DNA of 63,026 bases, the filler included, from Reticulomyxa filosa (lineage: Eukaryota; Protista; Foraminifera), in the NCBI GenBank assembly GCA_000512085.1. It is 19 parts of 19 records of this genome, joined end to end, with 100 filler letters (N's around TTAATTAATTAA, not from the genome) between each part and the next. Parts side by side here need not be neighbours in the genome. Positions count along the whole stretch, not along the records: positions 1 to 3,079 come from ASPP01000213.1; positions 3,180 to 6,670 come from ASPP01022014.1; positions 6,771 to 8,855 come from ASPP01043263.1; positions 8,956 to 20,276 come from ASPP01011567.1; 15 more parts are not named here. The stretch is one strand, 5' to 3'. Shown one piece after another: positions 1-12,739 of this stretch. The notes under the pieces were generated by a model that was not told the origin of the DNA, ran no database searches, and saw only the letters and a program-made list of their open reading frames with translations. Each line of letters starts with the position of its first letter. The stretch's first letter is position 1. The translations under genes were made by a program, and so were the position numbers.

Positions 1-113
1 AAAAAAAAAAAAATAAAAAATAAAAAAAATAATTCGTTTTCTTTGAATCGTTTGCCTGAATTGAATCAAATTTAAATTAATCCAATAAAAATAAATACAA
101 TTAAAAAAAAAAG

Positions 114-778
114 ACTGTACAAGCAAGCGATCTAAATGCCACAGAAGCAGAGTTATTCGCTGCCACAATGCAAGAGTCCCGTCGTGCCTTTGAAAACGAA
201 AAAGGTCAAGGGGAATTGGACGCTGCTATCCAGGCCAGTTTGGAACAAATAAGAAGTCAAGAACAAAGCGAAATGAACAAGGCGCTTGCCATTTCCATGG
301 GCATTCCTGTTGACGACGTGAGCCATGTGGAAAATCCAGACCGAATCTTGGAGAACATTGAAGATACCGAAATACAACAGGCCATGCTTAAATCCATGGA
401 GTTACTCTTTTTTTTTTTTTTTTTTTTTGCAAATTGGTTGAAATCTTCAAATTGTAGTCGTGAAAAATAAAACTCCAACAATTTGAATCGAGTGGGCTTG
501 TTGTCGACTTTTCCACTTTACAAACTACTTAACAATATATTCATTTAAGGGCGAATCCTGATACATATATGACTGCCATTACCGCGCAAACGGATGACTC
601 TACTTGGCCTCCTGCGGTTAAGACAGTGGTGAAACAGTTAGAGTATACATTTGAAGAAGCAATGGAAGCATATTCCATTTTTGAAAGCTCGTGTCGTGAA
701 CTTGGAAATGAACATCTTGTCAACCAGATGGTCGACTATTTATCACAAAAGCGTCAGCAACAACAACTGGGCTTTTAG
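114..778 (+). CDS. 3' part of a UIM/UBA-like ubiquitin-binding protein, probably an OTUD5/OTLD1-like deubiquitinase (multi-exon, 5' end outside the window)
   Basis: After the AG at 112-113 the frame reads TVQASDLNATEAELFAATMQESRRAF, then three UIM-like helices (ELDAAIQASLE, MNKALAISMG, IQQAMLKSM). The last exon has a UBA-like EAMEAYSIF...MVDYL, which resembles the plant OTLD1 C-terminus as I recall it. The OTU catalytic domain is not present. Intron about 401-457; one indel is needed near 462-467. Confidence 0.6.
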
Positions 779-3079
779 CTAAACAAATAAAATAAAACGC
801 AAATAGATAAATGGATTGCGTGGAGTTTTTTTTTTTAAAGAAAGATATTTTTTTATGACTTTTTTGTGTGATGTCGTTGTTGGTTTTTTTTTAGGAAATG
901 CTTTTTTTTTTTCCTTGTACGAGGAAAGCAAAAATTGTTTCAAGGAAAATTTGACAGATACAAGATCTTTGTCTCTCTTGATGAAAAACCAAAGCAGTTT
1001 TTGGAGTTTTTAAATCCTTTAAAATTAGGCCACTCCAACTAACAAATATTTCAATACGTTATATTACGCCCAACACATAAAAGATACCCATTTTTGACAT
1101 TAGCAACTCCGCTTAAAAACAAATGCACTTACAAATATTGCCATAACTTGAATACCAACATATTAAATGTAAAAATAATAAAATGTGAATACTCACTTGA
1201 TTGATTTGTCCAACATAAACATTTTCAAAAGTGGGCTCTTTTGTTAATATCAATTTACTTGAACACACATTCAAAGAAAATATTGTTGAATTTCATTTGA
1301 GAATTTACGTGTTGTTAGTTAAAAAAAGAGGCAGTAATATTAGATGTGGAAAACAAGATTTAGCATATACAAAAAAAACAACAAACATCTCACAAACGGC
1401 ACACTTGTGTGCATCCAATATTGATGCTCTAGGAGTACTAACTTCACGCTTTGAAAATAGCTTACCTCTAAATATACTTTTTTGGATTTAGATGTGTTCA
1501 TGTTTTGCGGCTGTGGGCAAGTCCCTATTATAAGTGTCCGAACGTCAAGGGAATCCCCAATAGGTTAAACTTCCTCAACAAACTTACTTCTTACTCTCTT
1601 ATTTTTTGCTACTTTATTATTAACAGTAACGCTTGAGCAAATATATTATGTAAAAAAATAATTAAATATTAAATTTCAAGACAAAAAATTGACACGTGAT
1701 GAAAAAAAATCAAATTTGAAAAGTTATAATATTATAAACATTAAAACCACTTTACTCTTTGAATAAATAAAAAGATTGTTTACAATATACAAAATTAACA
1801 ATTTGATTATTAATAACATTATTTTTAATATAAAAAATTAATCGAACTGAACAAACGGATGTCATATGTTTAATGTTAGAATACAAATGGAACATTGAAA
1901 TCGCTTTTTCCAAAACGTCTTTAAAAACTAAATTTTTTTAAAAAAAATAATATGTGCGCGAGGCAAAGTACAAATAAGCATCTTGATATTGACGAATATG
2001 CCAAAAGCATGATTACTAGCGGCATAAAGACTATACTGGTGAAAACCCTACTCGTATTTTTTATTTTTTGAATGTATGTTCGGATTGTAATTAAAGACAA
2101 ATGTGTTTCATTAATTAATAGATTACAAAATAGTCAAATGAGAAAATTAAATTATGTTTTTTTAAATTAAATAACTCATACTCATCCAAATACAAATTTC
2201 TTTAATCATATTAATATTGACTTTGATGGGCACTGATTGCAACAAATAAAAACATTACAAAGAATTCATCAAAAAAGTACAAAAAGCAGATTTCGAGTGA
2301 TAATCATTTTGCAGGTGATGAAACTATTGATATCAACATATGTGAATGGTAAATATAGATTTTATTATTTGTCCAAAAGTTTTGCGCCTAAAATGAACAC
2401 GAACAAAAAAAAAATTAAAATAAAGCATCCAAGGCATGAGGGGATGCATTTACATGAGGAAACGAAAAATAAGAACAAAATCACTTTGGATTTGAATACA
2501 TAACATGATTCCTATTTAGGACGTTCTCGTTAGTTATTAATAGTACCTCTAGCACAGTAATTGCTATACAACAAGGAACAGAGAGATTTCAACAGCACAC
2601 AAATACATCATTCTCCATCGCATTAAGTGTCCTCGACATCCTTATTCGCTTCGGTACATCGAGACACAATTCCATTCAATTTTTTGTCAACAACTCTTTC
2701 TTTATCTGATATCTCTGGTTCCAACTCTTTTTATATATACATATGTGTATGCGTTGAAGTATCGATATGAGACATTTGATTGGGATTACTTTTGTCATTT
2801 ATTATTTGTGGCTTTGGGTTGGTTGTCAAGTGAAACATTTTAATGTAAAGCCCAAGTCTTCTCAAAACAATAATATAAATGACCTTGTTACTTTCATTGT
2901 AAGTAAGTTTTTAAACAAAAAATTGTGTGACTCCAAAAAAAGAAGAAACACAATGCTAACTTTTAGTATTGCACAATCCATCTAAAACTAACAGCATATT
3001 TAAAATAAAATTAGAAAGAAATAAAGTAAAATAAAACATTTGTTATTTCATTAATTTATGAAGAGGAGGGGGAAAAAAA

Positions 3080-3179
3080 NNNNNNNNNNNNNNNNNNNNN
3101 NNNNNNNNNNNNNNNNNNNNNNNTTAATTAATTAANNNNNNNNNNNNNNNNNNNNNNNNNNNNNNNNNNNNNNNNNNNN
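3080..3179. other. Artificial contig spacer N44-TTAATTAATTAA-N44 (first of 18)
   Basis: The same 100-bp linker occurs at 3080-3179, 6671-6770, 8856-8955, 20277-20376, 24154-24253, 25574-25673, 28391-28490, 29998-30097, 31098-31197, 32215-32314, 34056-34155, 35441-35540, 38920-39019, 46396-46495, 47615-47714, 49751-49850, 51564-51663 and 61472-61571. TTAATTAATTAA gives stops in all six frames. Confidence 0.98.
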
Positions 3180-4558
3180 TTATCATCATAAGATATCGTT
3201 TTATGCGTTCAGTTTTCTTTGCAATATACTGTATGTACATGTATATATGTGTACTTAGACCCGTATATTTGACGTATTCTTAAATGCATCCAATGTAAGT
3301 AAATGATATAAATATATTTATCTATTGTTTTTTTAATTTTGCTTGTATTTGCCAACAGGCAAAGAAGCAGTCAAATGTCTAGATCTGCCTGAAGAAATGA
3401 CAGTAGATATTGTCATTTGTGGGGATATTGATACTATATTTAATGTTGATACCCACAACCCATCCTCTTCCTCAATTACGTATCCGTTTGGTACTCGGTC
3501 TTTCGGAGGATTGGATGACTCCATGGTCATAATGCTCCTCAATGAAATACCCACTCCACGATATACCAGAATTCTCAGTCGAGGTAAAGGGAGAAACTTT
3601 CATGTATGGAATATTTTGCTCAATGGATTTGATCCATCTTTGCAAGATTTGTACACTTACGAGAAAAACCTTCTTGTTTTCTTACATTGGCAAGTAGATC
3701 CATTTTTGGGAACTCTATTTTTGCTCTTTTTGGCTGTATAGTGTGATTAACTCTTTATGGAAACAAAAAAAAGTAATAGTTGAGTAAAATTTAAAGAAAA
3801 AAAGGTTGAAAAAAACAATGACGATAAAAACTTAAGAGAAAGTGCTAGTTTTTTGAAAATGCTAATTTTCTTTGAAAAGATTGCTAATGATGATGCACTT
3901 CAGTTTAAGTGCGTTAGACTGTAGAATGAATGAAATGTCAACACTTCAAATGTAAACATTACAATAAATCATTAGCGATATGTTTTCAAAGAAATTGCAT
4001 AATGATAGTTAATTATGTTAGAACAGTACGTAGGATTGTATAATGAATGAAACGTCAGTTTCAAATACAACAGTATAATAACACTTATGCAATTTTGTAA
4101 TTTTTAAAATTCTCAAAATCTTTTATTAAATTCAAAATAATTCTTTTTACTGAAATTTGATCAGTAATATAATATCAATCTATACAATCATGCTAATTTT
4201 TTACTGTCAGTTTATTCTTGATGTGAAAAATAAGTATTAATAATATCATTTGTTACATAATAGAAGTAAAAAACATGGGTACCAATGTATGCGATCTTGA
4301 CAACTTTAATATGTTGCTCTTTTCAATTTTAACAAAAGATAAATTTGTAAAAATAAAGATGCCTTAAAAAAACTGCTTAGTTTAATAATGAAATAAAAGC
4401 GCGTTCGCAAAAAAAGGAACTGTTACAAGTCGCTTAGTGTTGGTAAGCAGAATAAAACCAACTGTTGGGTTTCATTTATCTTAATGTTTCAACAAGAAAT
4501 GCCAAAAAACAGAACAGCAAAGAATACTTCAAAAATTGTGTGTCCACTCGTTGCCACC

Positions 4559-5348
4559 TCATATCTGTTCATATTCTTGAGGTGTGTCTGAAACTAGATT
4601 GCTGAAACCGCTGGAATTCAGTTTCATTACTTTTTCGCGTTCACACACAAATACCACCAACGCAAAGCAGGCCATCACAATGCCCAAGCTGCTCCATTCA
4701 AGTGGCGCTGCACTTTTTTCGCTAGAACTTGCTGCCACTGCCCATGACACCAAAAGCAAGACACCAGCTAAAGATAAAGCAGCCACAAAGCAGGCACGTC
4801 CACCAGAGTTTTTAAACCACTGTGAAAAGTATACCATCCAGGCAATTGCAAAAATTATGAAGACTTGGGATCCTATCCGTTCCATTTTTTTTTTTTTTGG
4901 AAAGGGGGAGTAAAAAAAAAATCAAAAAAACACAATACGTATACTTATAAAAAGACAAACCTAAATATTGAATTCCATAATCAAATGGCGATATGCTAAC
5001 TTTGACTGGTGGGAAAGCCAGCAAAAAAGCCAATCCGACATAGCTGATAAAATACAGCCATGTGAACGTAGATGGTATCTCTTTCAATTGCAATCGAAGC
5101 GCGTAGCGGATATAAGCATAACAAATCATGTTCAATACCAAAGTTACACCCAACAAAAGTAAATTGGCTGGACCATACGACAATCCGTCAACTAATGTTG
5201 TCGAAACAGACAACACCTTTTTGTCGTCCCCAGTGGCTTTAAGTCCACTCAATACAAAGCCTATCATGCACGTTATGGGCTGGCCCAATGCCCAAAACGA
5301 CATTGCTATCAGAACTTCATGATCTCTTACTTCGATTAGTTTCGGCAT
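4559..5348 (-). CDS. Multi-pass membrane protein, Frag1/DRAM/Sfk1 (TMEM150)-like; two exons
   Basis: ORFs 4812-5348 and 4559-4885 join through a GT-AG intron at 4873-4960, giving FDYGIQYLGSQVFIIF. About six hydrophobic segments, with an LEW motif before the last one as in DRAM/Sfk1 proteins. Confidence 0.55.
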
Positions 5349-6051
5349 GTTTCTTTAACTTTGATCAAATTTTTTGATGGCCAAGAATCGAAACACGTAC
5401 GTACAAAAAAAAAAAATTTGAACTAATGGCTTGCAGTGTTATGCGATTTTACATAAGTTTGAGTATAACTCTTGACTTACCTTTTTTGAACTTTTTTTTA
5501 ATGATCACTGACAAGAGCGGTTATTTCACCTTTTCCTGCGTCTGGAGTTGTTCCGATTGGGACGTTCGATTTGTCGTTTAAGTTGCAAAAACCAGATTTC
5601 AATAACGCACCACCGATTAAAAGAGTCAAGAAAAATGTGATCAGAAAGGACGCCAAAAACAATGGAGGAGCAGTGTTTGACATTTAGAATGCAGAGTGCA
5701 TGTACCAAACGATGAGCGCAATGAGGGGAACACAGGGGTTATAGGAGAAAAAAGGAAAAAATTCAACTGTTTTTTTCTTGGTGTTTCATAAAATTGTCAA
5801 AAATAAATACTTTATTTGAGATATTAAAATTTAAATCTTTTAAACAATTGGGATTATTTCAAATGAGGTTTCTATTGTACATTGATGGAAGCATCGTTTT
5901 AAAACCACTTTATTCTGCAACTGTTCTTCGTAGAGATATTACCTGCAAGTTTGTGTTTCTTTACAATGAAGTTTGAAAAGCAAAATTACGCAAAAAACAA
6001 AAAAAACTGCTGTACTCTTGGGTTTCACCCAAAGCATAAGGAAATCCAATA

Positions 6052-6633
6052 ATGCCAACAGACAAAGACAAGTTCAATCGTGACATTCGTCAACAATTGA
6101 TAGATATGGGCTTTGAAGATGAAGATGTGGAAGAGGCCATTGAAGAGTTTGTTAAGTAGGCGAAGAAACACAAGGAAAGCAAATGATTGTTATAGATCTT
6201 TGACAGTAACTCTGTTTCAGAAATGCAGCCCCATTAAAGTTAAAAAAAAAAAAAAAAAAGGGACCAGATTTAGAAGAGTGTGCAAACCATTTACTTCAAT
6301 CGAAAACGAAAAAGAAAGTATGAATGACTGTGAGATGACAACTGAGAATATGTTTATGTATTGTGTGTATATTTGTTTGCTTGACAACCGATCCAACAAA
6401 AGTAACGTATTGATGAACAACATAAATGACACGATATGCAAACTATTATTTTCAATTCAATCGAAACAGTTTTACGTTGGCATGGATGTGTGGGTATGGA
6501 CAACAGAAAAAAGGGAATGGGCAGCAGGAAAAGTTGTTTCGATAACCAAGCAATTGATCTCCATCATTTTCAATGGAAATGATTTTCGTTGGGTTGAAAA
6601 TGATTCTGACCACTTCACTACAACGCGTCAAAA

Positions 6634-6634
<1 letters not shown>
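6052..6634 (+). CDS. 5' part of a UBA-domain protein with a following Tudor/Agenet-like beta module (cut by contig end)
   Basis: ATG at 6052 reads MPTDKDKFNRDIRQQLIDMGFEDEDVEEAIEEF (UBA LxxMGF motif), then a GT donor. A later exon reads QFYVGMDVWVWTTEKREWAAGKVVSI. Confidence 0.5.
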
Positions 6635-6670
<36 letters not shown>

Positions 6671-6770
6671 NNNNNNNNNNNNNNNNNNNNNNNNNNNNNN
6701 NNNNNNNNNNNNNNTTAATTAATTAANNNNNNNNNNNNNNNNNNNNNNNNNNNNNNNNNNNNNNNNNNNN

Positions 6771-7047
6771 GAAAAGGAGAAGGACAAGAAGTACCATCGA
6801 GCTTGTTTGGATTGACAATACCATTGCAAATGACATACTCAAGTGTGAAAGAGCTTGTGATTCCACTTACATTTAGCAACGTTGCGAATACGTTTGTAGG
6901 ATTGACACAAGATTTGCAAATCGCATTTCAGTTTGACGACTCCTTAAGTCACGCTTATATTTGGATTTCACTGCAGCCCGTTGGAACAAGACCTGTTCTC
7001 TCCACTGGTACTTTATTCAATATGTTGGGCACCTTTATTACATATAT

Positions 7048-7078
<31 letters not shown>

Positions 7079-8790
7079 GTATATATATAATATATGTAAT
7101 AAACTTTTTTTTATCCCTTTTTAAAAAAGAAAAACACAAAAACACAAAAAAAAAAAAAATGTGAAAGATGAGGGATATGGAAAGCTGTTATACGCGGGAT
7201 ACGAAAGCAAAAACTATGGAGAGACGGACGAGATAGTGTGTCGAATAACAGACGAGCTGTTGACGATCGAGTGCAATGGGACAGTGTATAACGAGAAAGT
7301 GTGGCAAAGCGGACTGACGTTGGACAACAGCACGAACTCATTGACGCTTTATGCAATGTTAGAAATGGATCCCATATATGCCATCGACGATGGAGACTGG
7401 AGCAATACCGATCCAAATGAGTATCTAATGAATGTTCAAGTGTACTCCTACGTGTACAATGGATCATCCAATGTCATCACCGAGCCCGTGTATGAGTTGA
7501 CAGCAGGAGAGATTGTGCATTCACAACTGACCAACACAAAGTCAACGACACCTGGACAAGGACAAGGCAAATACTTTTTATACGAACATCAGATGTGGAT
7601 GAACAACACCTTCAGCTGCGACATCGAGTTTAACATTGCCCCTGACAACCACGCTTACCACGTCACTACCTATCTTTCGCAAAATGAAAGCTATCCAGGC
7701 TCCAATTCCAATAGCTTCCATTTGGTTTTCAATGACACCTTTGTGCAGGTCATTCAACTCCCAAATATCGTCTCCAACATCTCTTTTCATCTTGGAATTT
7801 TCCCGGCCAACGCCGCCGCCAAAAATGCATCCAACGTACCTTTTTCCATTGTCGTCACTGAAACGTGTTACAATTCTGATGGTTCGTTTTTTTTTAAATG
7901 ACAGTAAATATATATAAATGTATATACCACATATTTATATAAATAGGTAAAGTAATACTCTTCCCAATAATACTCCACGACGGAGAAACGTTGACACAAG
8001 AAGGTATAACGACAGGACACAACAAATATTATGTGTTTTCGGCGGTTGGGTCTGAGCAACAACAAGAATTGGTATTTTCGCTGCTGCCGTTATATGGAAT
8101 TGCGGAAATGTATATTTCGTCCACTTCGAATGGAAGTGATGTGCGACTCTTTAACCAATATCCTCTCAATTCCGAGTCCGCCATGTGGAGCACACGATAC
8201 ACGGACGCGGCGCCTCTCATTCAAATCGAAGACACCGATCCTCAAAAATGCCAAAACTCGTCAGCATGTTGGTATTTGATAACAATTAGCTGTTTGGAAG
8301 AAGATGGTCAAGTCGGCACCGGCAAGTGCGGCTATTTATTGATGGGTGCAGATGCAGGTGATGTTCGCACCTTGCACACCAATGTCCCATTCACGGATAT
8401 CTTACGTGTCAATGAAACACATTTTTATCAATACCCTTTGGCATCATCCACAGGTTTAATTTTGTTGTTATTGTTGTTGTTATTATATGTGTCCTCTTCA
8501 TACAATGCATATAAATAAATAAAATAGATACGGTAACAATTGTCGTGACTCCGTTGGATTGGAATGACAACGACGGCAAAGATGTCGATTTGTACGTATC
8601 GAAATACTTTTTCGATCCCACTGTGGTCTCTTCTACAAATGTGTCTATCCTCGCTCATGTCACCGCCAACAATCGAATCGTGGTTAACAATTTGCAGAGC
8701 CAGAATATTAAAACTCTTTTCATCGCTGCGCGCGGCAGAAATGATGGCACTCCAAAGTTTTGTTCTGAACTCATACATCTGCAACAATAG
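6771..8790 (+). CDS. Internal fragment of a large extracellular protein with tandem beta-sandwich (PPC-like) modules; at least four exons
   Basis: ORFs 6803-7090, 7161-7901, 7991-8518 and 8545-8790 are separated by AT-rich introns. Recurrent YYVF/FYQY...L.P..G...(D/E)(M/L)Y(I/V)S motifs and many N-x-S/T sequons. Confidence 0.55.
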
Positions 8791-8816
8791 AACAAACATA
8801 GAACACTTGTATTGTC

Positions 8817-8852
<36 letters not shown>

Positions 8853-9926
8853 AGGNNNNNNNNNNNNNNNNNNNNNNNNNNNNNNNNNNNNNNNNNNNNT
8901 TAATTAATTAANNNNNNNNNNNNNNNNNNNNNNNNNNNNNNNNNNNNNNNNNNNNGGTATCTTTTCGTTTTTGAACTTTTTTATTGGTTTTTGTAAAATG
9001 ACAGTATTAAACATTTTATTAAATGTGTTCTTGGCTTGTTAATTAGTGCCGCAAGTATTTTGTATAGACGATGAAATTGTGTAAGACATTCAAATGAGTT
9101 ACGATGAAAAGTGTTTGTTTCCTATCAAAATTGTTAGTGGTATAATGTTCTGATTGTAGTCAAAATTTTCTGAAAATACTTAAAATTGTAAGATGTTGTA
9201 AGCTAAAAATATTTAAAATTACAGTTTCTTGTTCTACAATAATAGTACTTTAAAAACAATTAGCTTTATAATTATGAGAAGAAAAACCAAAATTAAATCG
9301 AGAACACGTAATAAAAGTATTAACATTGCATATGAACTGCATATAACTTGAAAAATTTATATTGCTTCCATATATGCTATTTTGTTTAATCTGAAGAAAT
9401 AATTTACTATCTATCGAAAAAGAATAATAAAATTACACAATATCAATGTTTTGATTTGGTATCATGATTTGCAATACTAATACGTTAATATTGAATTTTT
9501 TTGCTAATTCTACAACAAAAAAACACTTTCAAATTATAATAGCAAATCAAATAAATGAATTTTTAAAAAATGGTTTGACTTTTTTATTTGTTCTTGTTAG
9601 CATTACAAGTTTTGTTTGTCTCTTGACATGTGTTATTTCAGAAAGTTGTTAACACGTTCATCGAAACTGTCCTTTTTTCCCTCCAAAAAATGTGGAACAT
9701 ATTGATAATTATCCGCAGTTCTTTGATTGTTTACAGAAAACGAAATTTCAATAACTATCGCAACAATGTGCTTAGTTAATGCATAAAATAAAAAACAAAC
9801 GAAAATCGCAGCTTTTGTCAATAACACAACAAAACGAAATTAAAAATGAACACACTAGGAAACAAAAAAAATTAAAACAAATCGAACACAAAAATTTTCG
9901 AAGAGTTTTTACGCGCAATATTTAGT

Positions 9927-12739
9927 TTATTGCAATTTGTCGAAGTAATCGGCAAATATTGGTAATTCCTCCTTCAATCCTTTGCGTTTTCTTGTGTTCA
10001 TCAAAGTAAGATTAGCAGGTGAGCCATCTTTCATTGGGTCTCCATTCATTGGTTTCCAGTGACTGAATTTCATTTGAGGGAAAGCTTTTCCACCAGTGTT
10101 TTGTCGCAACAATTGCGTGAAACCAAACGATTCCATGACAGGTAAGTAAGCTCGCATCATAGTCAAAGGTGTGCCTGGACGTTCATGGATTTGATCAATT
10201 TCTCCTCGTTTGGTGTTTAAGGTCGTGAACACACCAGTTTGGGCTTCTTGAGGCACAGTAATTTCGACCAAATACATTGGCTCCAACATTCTTGGTCCAC
10301 TTGCTAATTGACAAGCATAAAATACTTTTTTTGCACAAGGCATGATTTGTCCTGCACCACGATGGATTGCATCAGCATGAAGCTTCACATCCTCCAAATT
10401 CATTCTGACACCACGAAGGACTTCATCACACAAAATACCTCCAGTTGTAACTTGCATGAAGGCACCAACGACGTGATCTTTAATTTCGTTCAAGAATTGA
10501 ACACCTTTTGTTACATCCACCACCACGTTTGGAACTCCGTCAGGAGGACATCCAAAAGTCCAAACTTTACGAGCATCACCAACATCCCATCCGTATTTAT
10601 CAGCCAAATCACGAGCGAAGACTTTCATATCCGAAACTTTTCCGGTAGGAACATCACCGTTTTCAACACCTTTCACAAATTCCTCCGTCAAAGGCGTGGC
10701 ATACATAAACAAACGGTTGTGTTTGTTTGGTGATTTTGCAATACATGTCTTTGGGTGGATATTGTCATCACCAGTTCGCTCGGTGACTGTTTCAGCGAAG
10801 GACACAATTGGTTCGGACACACTAATTTCTGCACCTTTCATGTAATCTTCACGTAAATCTTTTAAACAAATTTCCAAATGTAATTCTCCTGCACCGGCAA
10901 TAATATGTTGACCGGATTTGCTGAGGGAAATTTTGACCAATGGGTCGGATTTACTCAATCGTTTCAAACCTTCGACCAATTTTGGCAAATCAGCTGCGTT
11001 TTTAGCGTCAACTGCAATTTGCACGACGGCTGCCACACTGAATTTCATTGTGTTGAATGGGTGGAAATCTTCAGAATCAGTCAATGTTCCTGATTTCAAC
11101 AAAAATTGATCAACACCGATCAATCCACACACATTTCCTGCTGGGCAATCGTTGATTTGTTCAACGTATCTTCCCATCATCAACAAGCATCGTTGAATTT
11201 TTTTCACGTACAAGTCCTTCTTGGTTCCGTGTTCGTAGTCAGGGCCCAAAATACGGATTTCTTGGCCTGTTTTGATTGTTCCACTGAACACACGACCGAA
11301 TGCAATGAATCGTCCTTTGTCACTTGAAGGCACCATTTTGGACACGTACATCGAAGTCGGTCCAGCTGAGTCACACGTGCGGACTGCATTTGCTTCAGGG
11401 GTGTCTAATGGTCCACTGTATAAGTTGTCAACACGATATTTTTGTGCCTCCACAGGGGATGGTAATTGCTCGGCAATCATGTCCAACAATGCTCGACTTG
11501 CTGGAATCCACGAGCGCATTACCAATTTCATCAAATCCTTTTGACGCTTTGAGGCCTCATCAATGTCCTTCTTTTTCAATCTCAGACGCAGTGCCTTCAA
11601 TATTGGGTTGAATTTTGTCCTTCTGATCGTTCATCACAGCGTCGTACAAAGTTCGAATAGGGTGCAACACAAATTGACAAAATCCTCGAACCAATTTGCC
11701 ATCTGTAAAATTTTATATTTCAATTTTAAAAACTTTTCAAAAATATATCGTTTTCTCCATCCTTAAAAAACACACCAGTATTTTTGGTAACCCAATCTTT
11801 CGCAACAGGGTCCCAGAAGTTTTCACCCCACAATCTCTTCATCGTTTTTTCAGATGACAAACCAAATTTCGACGCATACAAGCGAGAAAAGTCACGTAAA
11901 GTGAAACCCCATGCATGCAATCCACTTCCAAATCCGACACGGCCAGTGTATGGCAAAACCTAATTTATTATAATTTCATACATTAAAACTTTCAAAACAG
12001 ACTTTAAAAAATAATTGAACTTCAATGTTGCCCAATTTCTCATCTTTATACGTTTGGCAAATCACGTTCACAGACTCAATGGCATTTCTGAAAATCTTGT
12101 AACATTCTTCCAATGAAGGTTGCAACTCAGAAAAGACACGGTCCAACTTGTTCAAAAACAAGACTGGTCTGATCCTCTCCGCAATTGCTTGTCGCAACAC
12201 AGTTTCAGTTTGCACACAAACACCTTCAATGCAATCCACCACCACCAAAGCACCATCAGTGACACGCAATGCTGCCGTCACCTCGGAGGAAAAGTCGACG
12301 TGACCTATTTTATTAAAAAAAAAATTGCGATTTTTCAGGGTTAAAAAAAAAAAAAAATTATTTTTCTCCTACCGGGAGAATCGATCAAGTTGATCAGATA
12401 AGGAACGTTTTTTTCTTTTTCTTCGTCTCGTTCGTAATACAGGGACACACTGGTTGATTTAATTGTGATGCCTCGGGCCTGTTCGTCATCACGGGAATCC
12501 ATAAATCGGACGTCACCGGCTCTTTGTTCCGCAATAATACCAGCACTGCTGATCAATGAATCAGTCAATGTCGATTTTCCGTGATCGACGTGAGCGATGA
12601 CGGAAATGTTGCGGATGTTGTGTTTACGGTCCATCATGCTTCGGACCTGCTCGATTGAAAAGTTCACCTGAGATATTTCACATTTATTTCTTCGTATAAT
12701 TCAAAATATTTTAACAAATAAAGACAAAAACCTTACCAT
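9927..12739 (-). CDS. EEF2: Eukaryotic translation elongation factor 2 (five exons)
   Basis: ATG at 12737-12739 followed by introns at 12668-12736, 12305-12372, 11960-12020 and 11703-11775 (all GT-AG). Motifs [48 protein letters not shown] and diphthamide loop [12 protein letters not shown]. One extra base near 11605 breaks the frame. Confidence 0.97.

Noticed and set aside
458-475. AAA-TAA site suggesting Euplotes-type +1 frameshifting in the OTU-like gene
   Set aside because: The +1 frame stops within a few codons. The plausible frame needs one more A, which fits a homopolymer under-call.
1545-1582. TCAACAAA/TTTGTTGA next to GC-rich patches (also 35593, 54100, 54226) as possible LTR-like termini
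   Set aside because: The flanks do not align and the 8-mer is expected several times by chance in this composition.
3124-3135. TTAATTAATTAA palindrome recurring 18 times, suggesting a repeat array or piggyBac-like TTAA sites
   Set aside because: Always centred in exactly 44+44 Ns; it is a synthetic six-frame-stop linker.
3333-3741. Overlapping ORFs on both strands
   Set aside because: No recognisable motif or consistent splice model; strand and coding status cannot be decided.
5498-5708. Short ORFs between the DRAM-like and UBA genes
   Set aside because: Could be a small exon on either strand but there is no motif or linkage support.
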